A stretch of DNA of 56,313 bases from a virus (lineage: Duplodnaviria; Caudoviricetes). The notes below the pieces were generated by a model. That model was not told where the DNA came from. It did not search any database and was given only the letters and a program-made list of their open reading frames with translations. The stretch spans positions 1 to 56,313 of IMG/VR virus record IMGVR_UViG_3300012172_000001; one strand, given 5' to 3'. Of this stretch, positions 27,908-36,587 are shown piece by piece. The position numbers were made by a program, and so were the translations under genes. How positions within the stretch are numbered: position 1 is the first letter of the stretch; each line of letters opens with the position of its first letter.

Positions 27908-27948
27908 CCAGGCCCGACGAACGGCAGCTATTTCGGCCGTGGTGACTG

Positions 27949-28185
27949 TCAGGTCAGTTCCTTTTGCAGCATTTTTTCAAGGTCAGCGACATATCCCTCC
28001 TGTGCGGCCACTGATTTCCTGGCATCTTCGAGCCGCTTTCGGCAGCCGACGAGCGCCGACTCGATTACCTTCCGCTTCGTCGTTCGGTGCAGCATATAGC
28101 GGCGGTCTGCCTGCGAAGCCTTTTCAACGACCGGTACCTCTCGCCCGCGGCGAATTCGCCAGCGCAATACCCAACAGTCTTCCAT
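27949..28185 (-). CDS. Hypothetical protein (78 aa)
   Basis: GGAGG upstream; C-terminal coiled coil. Confidence 0.45.
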   Translation of the reverse strand: MEDCWVLRWRIRRGREVPVVEKASQADRRYMLHRTTKRKVIESALVGCRKRLEDARKSVAAQEGYVADLEKMLQKELT

Positions 28186-28239
28186 AGTCGAGCCCTCCAA
28201 CCCCAGCCGCCGGCACTGACCGGGGTAAGGGTGAATCGG

Positions 28240-28638
28240 CTAGCGAATATCACGAGTCACGCCGCCATTGGTCAGCGTGATTCGCCAGCCATCAGCCGTC
28301 TTGGACTCGCCGCAAATGTCGTCGCAGGTCAGGCCGGCGCGAAGCATTGCGCGATAGTAATCCACTGGCGTGCGCTCATTGACCTGCCCGACTCGCCCAG
28401 CCAAGCGGCAGACCTCGGCGGCTGGCAGAGCATTGATTTCGCGGTCAGTCAGTTTCGTGGTTGCAGTCAACTCGTCAGCGTATTCCTTCGCCTCTCGGCG
28501 CGTCTCGAATGGCTGGCTGGTGCGGTTCAGTCCGCAGTCGCGTCCCTGCCCCTCGACCCACTCGTAGTAGCTGACCGTATAGCCGGTTTTGTCGTTGCCG
28601 CTGATTTTCACGTCTTCAATAATCTTGGTCATTGTCAT
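28240..28638 (-). CDS. Hypothetical protein (132 aa)
   Basis: AGGGG ribosome-binding site; part of the leftward small-gene cluster. Confidence 0.55.
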   Translation of the reverse strand: MTMTKIIEDVKISGNDKTGYTVSYYEWVEGQGRDCGLNRTSQPFETRREAKEYADELTATTKLTDREINALPAAEVCRLAGRVGQVNERTPVDYYRAMLRAGLTCDDICGESKTADGWRITLTNGGVTRDIR

Positions 28639-28790
28639 TCCCCTGTTATTAAGGTTTGCGGCACAAGCACCACACTTGCGCCTCTACAGCCCCAGCGTCA
28701 CGGCTCGAACGTGACTGCCTGCCCGCGCTGGTGGCGCCACTGTTTCCAGGTTGACCGCCCTGCCGTGGCCGCAGGGTGGGAGTGCGGGGG

Positions 28791-29321
28791 TTAGTAATCT
28801 TGGACGGCTTCGCGGAGCGTGGCCAAGCCCTGCTCGCCCAAGGCATTGCGGAGCTTCAGTGCGATGTCGAGGCAGGCCCGATATGTGGCCTCAGCCTTGC
28901 GGCTGTCGGTGTCGTATCCGAGATCGCTGGCCCATTCTTCAAAGCCGCCAGCGTCCAAAACGTCAGAATCGGACGCCAACGAGTGCAGCACGTCCGCAAA
29001 CTCTGGCAAAATCGGCGATTTGGTTTTCGCTGGCTTCATGCCGTCGATGCGATGAGCGTAGCCGGTTTCGCACTCAGCTTCGACCGCCATGGCGCGGGGG
29101 GCGTTGCTGTTTCCCTGCTGGTAGCTTGGGCAATGCCCGCATCCCGCGCCGTAATCAGTCGTCAGAACCTCGCGACTGTTCTTGCGCAGCGTGACTGTCC
29201 AATTCAGGCTGGGCGATTTCTCGCCCGCATTGCGGCTCTTGGACCAGGGCACAAATTCCGAATGAAGCGTAAGCCCCAATTCGGCGGCCACAGCCTCGAT
29301 GGATTCTTTCGTTGCGTTCAT
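28791..29321 (-). CDS. Phage hypothetical protein (176 aa)
   Basis: DVLHSLASD...FEEWASDLGYDTDSRKAE.TY..C; GGGAG ribosome-binding site. Confidence 0.7.
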   Translation of the reverse strand: MNATKESIEAVAAELGLTLHSEFVPWSKSRNAGEKSPSLNWTVTLRKNSREVLTTDYGAGCGHCPSYQQGNSNAPRAMAVEAECETGYAHRIDGMKPAKTKSPILPEFADVLHSLASDSDVLDAGGFEEWASDLGYDTDSRKAEATYRACLDIALKLRNALGEQGLATLREAVQDY

Positions 29322-29437
29322 CGTTCTCTCCCTTTCAGGTTAGGCGCGGCCCTGGAAAAGCCGCATAAGGTGTTTCGCCGCGACGTTGCGGCCGATGCTG
29401 GCCTAGCTCACACACTAGGCCGCGCAGGGCCGAAACG

Positions 29438-29842
29438 TCACTCGGAGATAATCTGGCCGCCTTCCTCAAGTTCCAGCGCGGCAATGCTCAATTCATCGCG
29501 GTTGTAGGCAGCCCACTCCGCCACGTAGCGGGGGAATAGATCGGCGTTTTCGGACTCATGGCCAGAGTGGTCGGAATAAGCAAGCGCTTCCCCGCAGGCG
29601 CTCAAAAATGAGATAAGCGATTCCAGGCCGGATTGCAGATTGCCGCCTTGGCAGCCGCTCTTTAGATCGTCGCCGCTGAACTCGCCTGCTGGGATGTCGA
29701 GATACCAGCGATAGCGCGTGCGGCCGTCTGCATCACTGCCGGCGTATTCAATGGAGATTGTCCCATCGGCTACGCGCAGCCCAGGCAGCAATCGAGATGT
29801 GATTTCGCAAGGTGAGGCAATACGCATTTCAGATACTCCCAA
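29438..29842 (-). CDS. Phage hypothetical protein
   Basis: DDLKSG...SLISFLSACGE...ENADLFP..VAEWA. Confidence 0.6.
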   Translation of the reverse strand: MGVSEMRIASPCEITSRLLPGLRVADGTISIEYAGSDADGRTRYRWYLDIPAGEFSGDDLKSGCQGGNLQSGLESLISFLSACGEALAYSDHSGHESENADLFPRYVAEWAAYNRDELSIAALELEEGGQIISE

Positions 29843-29885
29843 ATTCGGTGATTAGTCGGCCTGCCCTGGAAAAGCAGGAGAGCGA

Positions 29886-29957
29886 TTGACGTAACTGCTC
29901 GTTGCTGTAGTATTAAACAGTATCGGCGTGTCCGGATTACTGTCAATACCTACAGCA
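29886..29957. promoter_or_regulatory. Overlapping opposed promoters inside a long imperfect palindrome
   Basis: Plus strand TTGACG-N16-TAGTAT (29886-29913); minus strand TTGACA-N16-GATACT (29946-29919); arms TGCTGTAG/CTACAGCA and ACAGTA/TACTGT. Confidence 0.5.
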
Positions 29958-29974
29958 CAAGAATTCGGCAAATA

Positions 29975-30199
29975 GTGATGAAACCCAGTAAAAACACAGA
30001 CGGAAATTGGGCAGATATTTTGCGTGAGGCTGTTCGCGCGGCTGGGAAAACGCAGTACCGAATGGCGCTTGACGCAGGCATGGGCGAGACGCAGTTGGCC
30101 CGATTCATGGCTGGCACGCACGGCCTGAGCCTGGCGACTGCGAACCGGCTTGGCGCCTCGCTGGGGCTGGCGCTCGATTCTGGGCCCGCTCCCCGCTAA
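29975..30199 (+). CDS. Second XRE/Cro-like HTH protein (74 aa)
   Basis: TQYRMALDAGMGETQLARFMAGTHGLSLATANRL. Confidence 0.8.
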   Translation: MMKPSKNTDGNWADILREAVRAAGKTQYRMALDAGMGETQLARFMAGTHGLSLATANRLGASLGLALDSGPAPR

Positions 30200-30209
30200 A
30201 CTGGCCGTC

Positions 30210-30953
30210 ATGGCCAGAAAACGCACAGCAGCAGAGCAGGCGCCACAGCCCGATTCGCACGCTGCCCCTCTAACCGACAGCCAGGCACAGCCGCAAGAGC
30301 CGCCGCTGAAGGTCACGCTGAAACGCCGCTTCGAGCGCGAAGGCCGCTGGAAGGACGTTGAGCCAGTTCGTGACTTCATGATGCGAGAATGCCGCCAAAA
30401 GGGCATGAGCAAGGAAGAGGCGCAGGCATGGACTTACTCCGAGCTGGACCGGCTCTATCCACCGCTTCCACCCCAAGAGCCAATAGCAGAGGCCACAGAA
30501 GCCACAGACGACCCACCGAAAGATAGTAACTCCGAAGCCCAGCAGGAGACAGGGAACGTCCCGCAGGCCAGTGAAGCGGCGGAGCAGCCAGCCCCGTCGC
30601 CGGCTGATGCCACCTCCCGCCCGCGCGAGGGCCTGGGTCAGGTTCCTGCGGATTGGCCTGAATTGCCGCCAAACGCCTCACTGGCCGCTGAAATCGCGTG
30701 GGTTCAGGCTGAACGCCTGCGGATCGTCGAGGAGCGGCCGAACGGCTCAATTGTCGTGCGGCTGGAGCGGGCCCGATCTCCAGCTCCGAGCTGGTCTGCC
30801 CTGTCGTGGCTGGAGACCAGCATCAGGAGCTATGCCAAGTATGTGGAAGTCGCAGCCAAGGCCACGAGCACAGCACAGGATGAACAGGACATGGTGAGGC
30901 GCGAACGCATGGCGCTGGACGAGGTGAGGGCGCTGCTGGATGAGATGACGTAA
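30210..30953 (+). CDS. Putative terminase small subunit (247 aa)
   Basis: Position upstream of terL and helical C-terminus only; no diagnostic motif. Confidence 0.4.
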   Translation: MARKRTAAEQAPQPDSHAAPLTDSQAQPQEPPLKVTLKRRFEREGRWKDVEPVRDFMMRECRQKGMSKEEAQAWTYSELDRLYPPLPPQEPIAEATEATDDPPKDSNSEAQQETGNVPQASEAAEQPAPSPADATSRPREGLGQVPADWPELPPNASLAAEIAWVQAERLRIVEERPNGSIVVRLERARSPAPSWSALSWLETSIRSYAKYVEVAAKATSTAQDEQDMVRRERMALDEVRALLDEMT

Positions 30954-31013
30954 CGCATAGGACTGATAGCGCTGGCACAGCGCATTTACTGCGATTTGTG
31001 GGCCTTCTGCGGC

Positions 31014-31041
31014 TTGACAGCAGCAACGATTAGGGTAAACT
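31014..31041 (+). promoter_or_regulatory. Candidate promoter for the resolvase-terL operon
   Basis: TTGACA-N16-TAAACT, the same hexamers and spacing as 26772-26799. Confidence 0.5.
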
Positions 31042-31159
31042 CTAACCGTAGGCGATGCGGCCGGAAATCGGACCGGACCGGGCCGGCTCGGCGGGGGCCC
31101 CGCCGCGTATATCCCTTCCGCACAAACCTCCATTTTCCCTGTTAAGATAGGCAATAACC

Positions 31160-31801
31160 ATGTCCAATCCCGTGTCCGAGGCTCTTGTCGCTGTGTACGT
31201 CAGGGTATCGACGCATTCCCAGAACGAAGCTGGGCAGCGGGAGGCGGTCTCCGCCTGGCTGCGTGGAAACGGGCTCCCTGCGGAGCGGGTGCTGTGGTTC
31301 ACGGATAAGCAGACGGGTGACAACTTGAAGCGGCCTGGTTTTGAGCGTCTGCATAAGGCGATTTTTGACGGGAAGGTGGGAACGGTGGTGGTGTTTAAGC
31401 TGGACCGCCTGAGCCGGAAGCTGAGCGACGGGATTAAGACGCTGTGCGATTGGTGTGAGCGGGGGATTCGGGTGGTAAGTGTCACTCAGCAACTGGACTT
31501 TTCCGGAACTGTCGGAAGGCTGGTGGCGAGCGTGCTCTTCGCGGTGGCGGAGATGGAGCAGGAGACTCGTCGTGAGCGGCAGGCGGTGGGGATCGAGGTC
31601 GCGAAGCGGGCAGGGAAGTACAAAGGACGGAAGCCGGGGACGACGAAGGCCAGTCCCGAGCGGGCTAGGGAGCTGAAGGCGCAGGGGTTCTCGCACGGCG
31701 AGATTGGCAACGCCCTGGGTGTCAGTAAGATGGCGGTGTCGAGGTATTTGAAATATGACGACGAGGCTCGTCTGGAGCGAATGAGAAACCGGGAGTGGTG
31801 A
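31160..31801 (+). CDS. Small serine recombinase (resolvase/invertase family) with C-terminal HTH
   Basis: YVRVST..Q, RPGF, VFKLDRLSR, RERQ..GI..AK..G...GRK, HTH. Confidence 0.95.
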   Translation: MSNPVSEALVAVYVRVSTHSQNEAGQREAVSAWLRGNGLPAERVLWFTDKQTGDNLKRPGFERLHKAIFDGKVGTVVVFKLDRLSRKLSDGIKTLCDWCERGIRVVSVTQQLDFSGTVGRLVASVLFAVAEMEQETRRERQAVGIEVAKRAGKYKGRKPGTTKASPERARELKAQGFSHGEIGNALGVSKMAVSRYLKYDDEARLERMRNREW

Positions 31802-33735
31802 TGGCTGTTTCGAGTTACTACGACCTTTATCCGAAAGACCCGGTGGAGAATCTGAAATGGCGCATTCGCTGCCGTGAGCGGGCGCTGGTTGATCTGAGAT
31901 TTCGGGCTGCTCTGTACCAGGCGTGCATGGAGGACGTGCTGTTCTTCATGGCGTTTGCCTGCTGGTCGTTTGAGCCGCGGGCCAAGGTGAAGGTCCGGCC
32001 GTTCATCCCGTGGTGCCACCAAGAGTCGGTCTTCGTGGCAATAGACGAAGCGATGGACCGCGCCGAGCGTGAGGAAATTGCGATCGACGTCATCGTGGAC
32101 AAAGCCCGCGCTCAGGGCGGGACGTTCGGTTATCTGTGGATCGACCTCCGCCGGTGGCTCAGGGATTCGATGTTCTCCGCGGGCTACGTGACCAGGAACG
32201 AATCCCTCGTGGATTCCAAGACCGACCCCGACACGCTGTTCTGGAAATTGGACTGGGCGATTGGTCGCCTGCCATTCTGGATGGTGCCGAAGGGCTTGGA
32301 CTGGAAGCAGCATCGCAGTTACACGAACCACTCGTGGCTGAACCCGCAGACTGGCGGCTCTCTTGTGGGTTACGCGGCTGGTCAGGACGCCGGCACAGGA
32401 GGCCGCAAGAGCGTGTTTACGGTGGACGAAGCCGGCGCGCGGGATTTCGTCTCTGGCGGCAAGGACGAAATGATTCAGGAATCGCTGCATGACGTGACCA
32501 ACGTGCTGAGGATGGTCTCGGCCCGTTACGTCGATAGCGGCGTCTTCCACGAAGCCTGCGAGAACCGTGATGCTTCCAAAAGCAGCGTCTATCTCGTTCT
32601 CGACTGGAAGGATAACCCGATTCACGGGAAGCATTCCTACGTCGTTCGAGACGGCGTTGTGACCGCGGTGCACAAGGAAGACCAGCCGGCGGTTGACAAG
32701 TACCATGCTGAGAACCCGGATCTGCGGGCGAGGCTGGAGCGGAAGGGATTCAAGTTTGAGGGCCGGGTCAGGTCTCCCTGGTACGACATGCGCTGCCTCC
32801 GCCCGACGAGCACACCCAGGCTGATCGCTTCGCAGCTCGACCGCGACCCGCGCGGCGCGGTGGGCAAGGTCTTTACTTCCGACCTGCTCGATCGGATGAA
32901 GCGGGAGAGGGTGAAGAAGCCGGTTTGGCAAGGTGATCCCGTCTTCGATTCCGAGACGCTGAAGCTCAAGGGACTGATTCCCAGAGAAGACGGGAAGCTG
33001 AAGCTGTGGTTCAAGCCGGGGATTGATAACTCCTGCCCGCTGGGTCCGTTCACGGTGGGCTGCGATATGGCCGCCGGATCGGACGGAGCCTACGCGAGCA
33101 ATTCGGTCGCGAGCGGAATCGACGACCGGACTGGCGAGCAAGCCTTGGAATACGCAGTCAAAGGCATGGAGCTGATTAAGTTCGCGCGGGTCGTGGTGGG
33201 CTTGTGTCTCTGGCTGAGGAATGCGTTTCTCGGCTGGGAAGATTCGGGCATGGCTGCGCCATTCGCCAAGGAGATCATGGAAGTCATTTACTACGGGAAT
33301 GTGTTCTACCGCGAAGTGCCGGAGATTGGCTCGCGCAGAAAGTCCCGCAAGGCCGGCTGGTCTAACCGAAGCAACGAGGACAAAGCGGAACTGTTTGAGA
33401 AAATGGCGCTGGCGATGGAGACGGGCGAGTTCACGGTCAGGTCCGAAGATTTAATTCGCGAGTGCGGCGAATACGAGTGGGAGAAGGGGAAAATCATTCA
33501 CGCGCCGACGAAAAACCGGAACGCGGTCGAGACGAATCACGGCGATCGCTGCGTGGCGGCAGGAGTTGCCTGGCTGGTCTATTCCTCGGACAATACCCCA
33601 GGCAAGATTGACACCAGCGAGGAAACGGGGGAAACTCCTGAGTATGGGAGCTTCCTGTGGCGTGAGCAGCAGGAACGACGGATGGCGAGTTCCGCCGGGC
33701 CGGAATTTGGGATTCGGGATGTGGTATCATTTTGA
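31801..33735 (+). CDS. terL: Terminase large subunit
   Basis: PFIPW.HQ, KARAQGGT (Walker A), FTVDEAG (Walker B), VGCDMAAG and HGDRCVA (RNase H-like nuclease). Confidence 0.88.
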   Translation: MAVSSYYDLYPKDPVENLKWRIRCRERALVDLRFRAALYQACMEDVLFFMAFACWSFEPRAKVKVRPFIPWCHQESVFVAIDEAMDRAEREEIAIDVIVDKARAQGGTFGYLWIDLRRWLRDSMFSAGYVTRNESLVDSKTDPDTLFWKLDWAIGRLPFWMVPKGLDWKQHRSYTNHSWLNPQTGGSLVGYAAGQDAGTGGRKSVFTVDEAGARDFVSGGKDEMIQESLHDVTNVLRMVSARYVDSGVFHEACENRDASKSSVYLVLDWKDNPIHGKHSYVVRDGVVTAVHKEDQPAVDKYHAENPDLRARLERKGFKFEGRVRSPWYDMRCLRPTSTPRLIASQLDRDPRGAVGKVFTSDLLDRMKRERVKKPVWQGDPVFDSETLKLKGLIPREDGKLKLWFKPGIDNSCPLGPFTVGCDMAAGSDGAYASNSVASGIDDRTGEQALEYAVKGMELIKFARVVVGLCLWLRNAFLGWEDSGMAAPFAKEIMEVIYYGNVFYREVPEIGSRRKSRKAGWSNRSNEDKAELFEKMALAMETGEFTVRSEDLIRECGEYEWEKGKIIHAPTKNRNAVETNHGDRCVAAGVAWLVYSSDNTPGKIDTSEETGETPEYGSFLWREQQERRMASSAGPEFGIRDVVSF

Positions 33736-33837
33736 CGCGGCGAGATGCCCGGTTCCAAACTCCACCGCGAATGGGGTTCCATATGGCCCATATCTCGCCG
33801 CATTTCTTTCGGAGGTAAAACCCGATGGACGAAAAGC

Positions 33838-34077
33838 ATGAAAGCGCCTGAAAAGCTGGGGTATTACTGGATCAAGTTCGTTGACGACGACCATGCCGAC
33901 GTTGACTGGGAGGTGTGTTTGTGGAACGGCGAGTTTTGGTTCCGTTGCATGGAAGGCGACCTGACATCCGAAGTTGGCATGCGCCACATAGCAGTTCTGG
34001 GGCCATACATTCCTGAACCATCAGCGATAAAACCTGAAGGAGAACCCGATGGACGAGAAGATCGACCAAGCCATTGA
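33838..34077 (+). CDS. Small hypothetical protein (79 aa)
   Basis: PEKLGYYWIK...GPYIPEP. Confidence 0.5.
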   Translation: MKAPEKLGYYWIKFVDDDHADVDWEVCLWNGEFWFRCMEGDLTSEVGMRHIAVLGPYIPEPSAIKPEGEPDGREDRPSH

Positions 34078-34213
34078 GAAGATGGCGGACCAAGCGAAGT
34101 CCTGCCAAGACTCGCAGAAGGCGCTGCACTATTCGCAGGCCGCTCTGAACTTGGCACACGCGAAGCAAATCCTGGAGGGCAAGTCAGTAAGGAAGCAGGG
34201 GGCTGGCGCTTAA
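34049..34213 (+). CDS. Small helical protein (54 aa; not in the ORF track)
   Basis: MDEKIDQAIEKMADQAK...ALHYSQAALNLAHAK; AAGGAG ribosome-binding site. Confidence 0.6.
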   Translation: MDEKIDQAIEKMADQAKSCQDSQKALHYSQAALNLAHAKQILEGKSVRKQGAGA

Positions 34214-34279
34214 CGGCGTCGGCTACAAAAAGGCACAGATAGCTGATCCCTATCGAGATGCCTCAACATCGCAGCCTTT

Positions 34280-34321
34280 GAGGGGGCCGCGCCGAATTGG
34301 CGTTGGCCCCCTCTTTCTTTT
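34280..34321 (+). terminator. Intrinsic terminator directly upstream of the portal gene
   Basis: GAGGGGGCC-GCGCC-GAATT-GGCGT-T-GGCCCCCTC followed by TTTCTTTT. Confidence 0.7.
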
Positions 34322-34329
34322 GGCGAGCG

Positions 34330-36114
34330 ATGATCGACCTGGCCAACGACGAGAAACGCGGCCGGCTACTCAAGGCGATCAAGTCTTCGCGCGACGCCCT
34401 GGAACCGTTTCGCCGGGTGCGGAAGGAACTCATTAAGGATTACGTCGGTTCGTGGTATTCGACATCAGGCGCTACGAACAAAACCCTCGTCAACCTGATG
34501 AACCAGACGGCGCGGATTTACACCGTCGCCCTGGCCGCGAACAACCCGCAAGTCCTCGTCTCGACGCCGAATTTCGAGTCGCTGCCCTTCGCCCGGAGGT
34601 TCGAGGTCAATCTGAACAAGCTGATCTCGGACATGGCCCTGGACGTGACGTTCCGGGCAATCGTGCTCGATGCGTTTTTCTGTATCGGGTGCGGCGTGGT
34701 GATGATGCGCGACACCGACACGCGCTTTCACGGACTCTTGGAATCAGAGGAAGACGTGTGGCTCGATCCGGGCGAACCGTGGCTGAACCGGGTTTCGCTC
34801 GACGATCTGATTCTGGACATGCCCGCCAAAGAACTGACGAAGATGCGCTACTGCGGGCATCGGTATCGGGCGGATTACGAAAAAGTCATGGACGAGCCCG
34901 GTTATTCCAAAAAGGTCAAGGACAAGCTGAAGCCGACGAGCCGGGAGCATCACGATTCGACCGGCGCGACACGGGACATTGCTTCGGACGACGCCCAGGA
35001 CGACGACCTGAAGGACATGATCTGGCTTCAGGACGTGTGGATCGCGGAGAACAAGTCGGTCGTCACGATGCCTTGCGATCAGGACTTGGAACCGCTGATC
35101 GAACGCGATTGGACCGGCTCGCAAGCGGGGCCGTACAAATTTCTCTCGCTGGGCGATACCCCAGATAACGTGATTCCCACTTCCCCGGCGATGAACCTGA
35201 AGGGAATGCACGATCTTCAGAACCGTCTGCACAGACGCATGGAGGAGGATTCCGACGCGCATCGCGTGGTCAACGTCTATCCGCCATCGGGCGCGGACGA
35301 CGCGGAGAGAATTCGCACTGCCGAGCGAAACTCCTGGCACAAGATGAACGATCCGAAGTCGATCAACCAGGTCGAAGTCGGCGGCATCGACCAGCGAGAC
35401 ATGGCGCTGGCGACGTTTATTCAGGATGAATTCGACCGGCTGGCAGGAAACCTTCAGGCAATGGGCGGACTCGGCCCGCAGGCTTCGACCTTGGGGCAGG
35501 AGGAACTGATTCACGGTCAGCTCTCCCGGAACGTCGCGGACATGCGGATGAGCGTGGTGAATTTTGCGGCGGATTGCATTCTCGATCTGGGTCGCTTGAT
35601 GTGGGAGGACCAAACGCTTGAGCTTCAGTCGTCGATCCCCGTTGGAAATAGTGGAATCCAGGTGCGATCTGACTGGACGCCTGATCTACGCATGGGTGCG
35701 TTTGAAGATTACGAGTTCAGGGTTGAGCCCTACTCGACGGTCTTCAAAACTCCCGAACAGAAGCTCCAGGAACTTTTTCAAACCCTCCAGCAGATTGCAC
35801 CTCTTTGGCCGATGTTCCAGGCGTCTGGGGCGACATTGGACGCAGAAGCAATCGTCGATGAGATCGCGCGACTCAAGAACCGGCCGGAGTTCAAGCGGTT
35901 CATCACGTTCGCCACTCCCGCCATGATGCTCGGCGGCGACGAGAACACCGTCAAGCAATCGCCGGTCACTTCGCGAGAGACGGTGCGCAGAAACGTGAGC
36001 ACCGGCGGGACCGCTGAAAATAGAAGCAGTTCTATGATTCAGTCCTTGCTCGGCGGGAGTAGTTCGCGGTTGAACGGCCAGCAAAAGGCTGCCATGACGA
36101 GGAGACCAGCATGA
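34330..36114 (+). CDS. Portal protein (594 aa)
   Basis: Size and position between terL and scaffold; P22-like layout (VNLMNQ, RVSLDDLILD, TLGQEELI, EFRVEPYS). Confidence 0.8.
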   Translation: MIDLANDEKRGRLLKAIKSSRDALEPFRRVRKELIKDYVGSWYSTSGATNKTLVNLMNQTARIYTVALAANNPQVLVSTPNFESLPFARRFEVNLNKLISDMALDVTFRAIVLDAFFCIGCGVVMMRDTDTRFHGLLESEEDVWLDPGEPWLNRVSLDDLILDMPAKELTKMRYCGHRYRADYEKVMDEPGYSKKVKDKLKPTSREHHDSTGATRDIASDDAQDDDLKDMIWLQDVWIAENKSVVTMPCDQDLEPLIERDWTGSQAGPYKFLSLGDTPDNVIPTSPAMNLKGMHDLQNRLHRRMEEDSDAHRVVNVYPPSGADDAERIRTAERNSWHKMNDPKSINQVEVGGIDQRDMALATFIQDEFDRLAGNLQAMGGLGPQASTLGQEELIHGQLSRNVADMRMSVVNFAADCILDLGRLMWEDQTLELQSSIPVGNSGIQVRSDWTPDLRMGAFEDYEFRVEPYSTVFKTPEQKLQELFQTLQQIAPLWPMFQASGATLDAEAIVDEIARLKNRPEFKRFITFATPAMMLGGDENTVKQSPVTSRETVRRNVSTGGTAENRSSSMIQSLLGGSSSRLNGQQKAAMTRRPA

Positions 36115-36242
36115 AAATCAGTGCCGTATTCGCAGTTCTGGCGGTGGTGTTTTTGGTGCTCTCGATTTTCACCGCCGTTCCGCTGTGGGTGGCGCTGGCC
36201 TGCCTGTGCGTGGCCGTCTTCACTCTGGCGGTCGGGCATTAG
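36111..36242 (+). CDS. Very small two-TM membrane protein (43 aa; not in the ORF track)
   Basis: MKISAVFAVLAVVFLVLSIFTAVPLWVALACLCVAVFTLAVGH; AGGAG ribosome-binding site. Confidence 0.55.
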   Translation: MKISAVFAVLAVVFLVLSIFTAVPLWVALACLCVAVFTLAVGH

Positions 36243-36251
36243 GAGCAAGCG

Positions 36252-36587
36252 GTGGGCAAGACCATTTACACGCTGAGCGGCCGGGAAGTCTCCGCGGAGG
36301 AATTCCGCGCGGGGGCCAAGAGCGATTGGCTCGAAGGCCCGCCGATGACGGCGAACACGTACACCGAACACGATCCCCTGATTTCCGAGGGCTTGGGCTG
36401 CATGAAAAAGCAAGTCCCGGCCATGCGTCAGATGCTCAAGTCCGAAGGCATTCAGGGCGTGCAGATCATGGACAACGGGCAGGCACGAATCACCAGCCGT
36501 CGCGGGCGCAACCAATTGATGCGCGCCCTCAGCGAGATTCGCGGCTACAAGCATCATGACATTGATGGAGGTTATTCCGATGGCTGA
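36252..36587 (+). CDS. Hypothetical head-module protein (111 aa)
   Basis: AGGAG ribosome-binding site; between portal and scaffold. Confidence 0.6.
   Translation: MGKTIYTLSGREVSAEEFRAGAKSDWLEGPPMTANTYTEHDPLISEGLGCMKKQVPAMRQMLKSEGIQGVQIMDNGQARITSRRGRNQLMRALSEIRGYKHHDIDGGYSDG

Noticed and set aside
31160-31801. Gin/Cin-type tail-fibre inversion system or Tn3 transposon
   Set aside because: No inverted fibre cassette, flanking inverted crossover sites or transposase noticed nearby
31486-33141. 551-aa minus-strand ORF and similar long antisense ORFs (45605-46915, 49809-51290)
   Set aside because: Shadow frames of GC-rich genes whose motifs are on the plus strand
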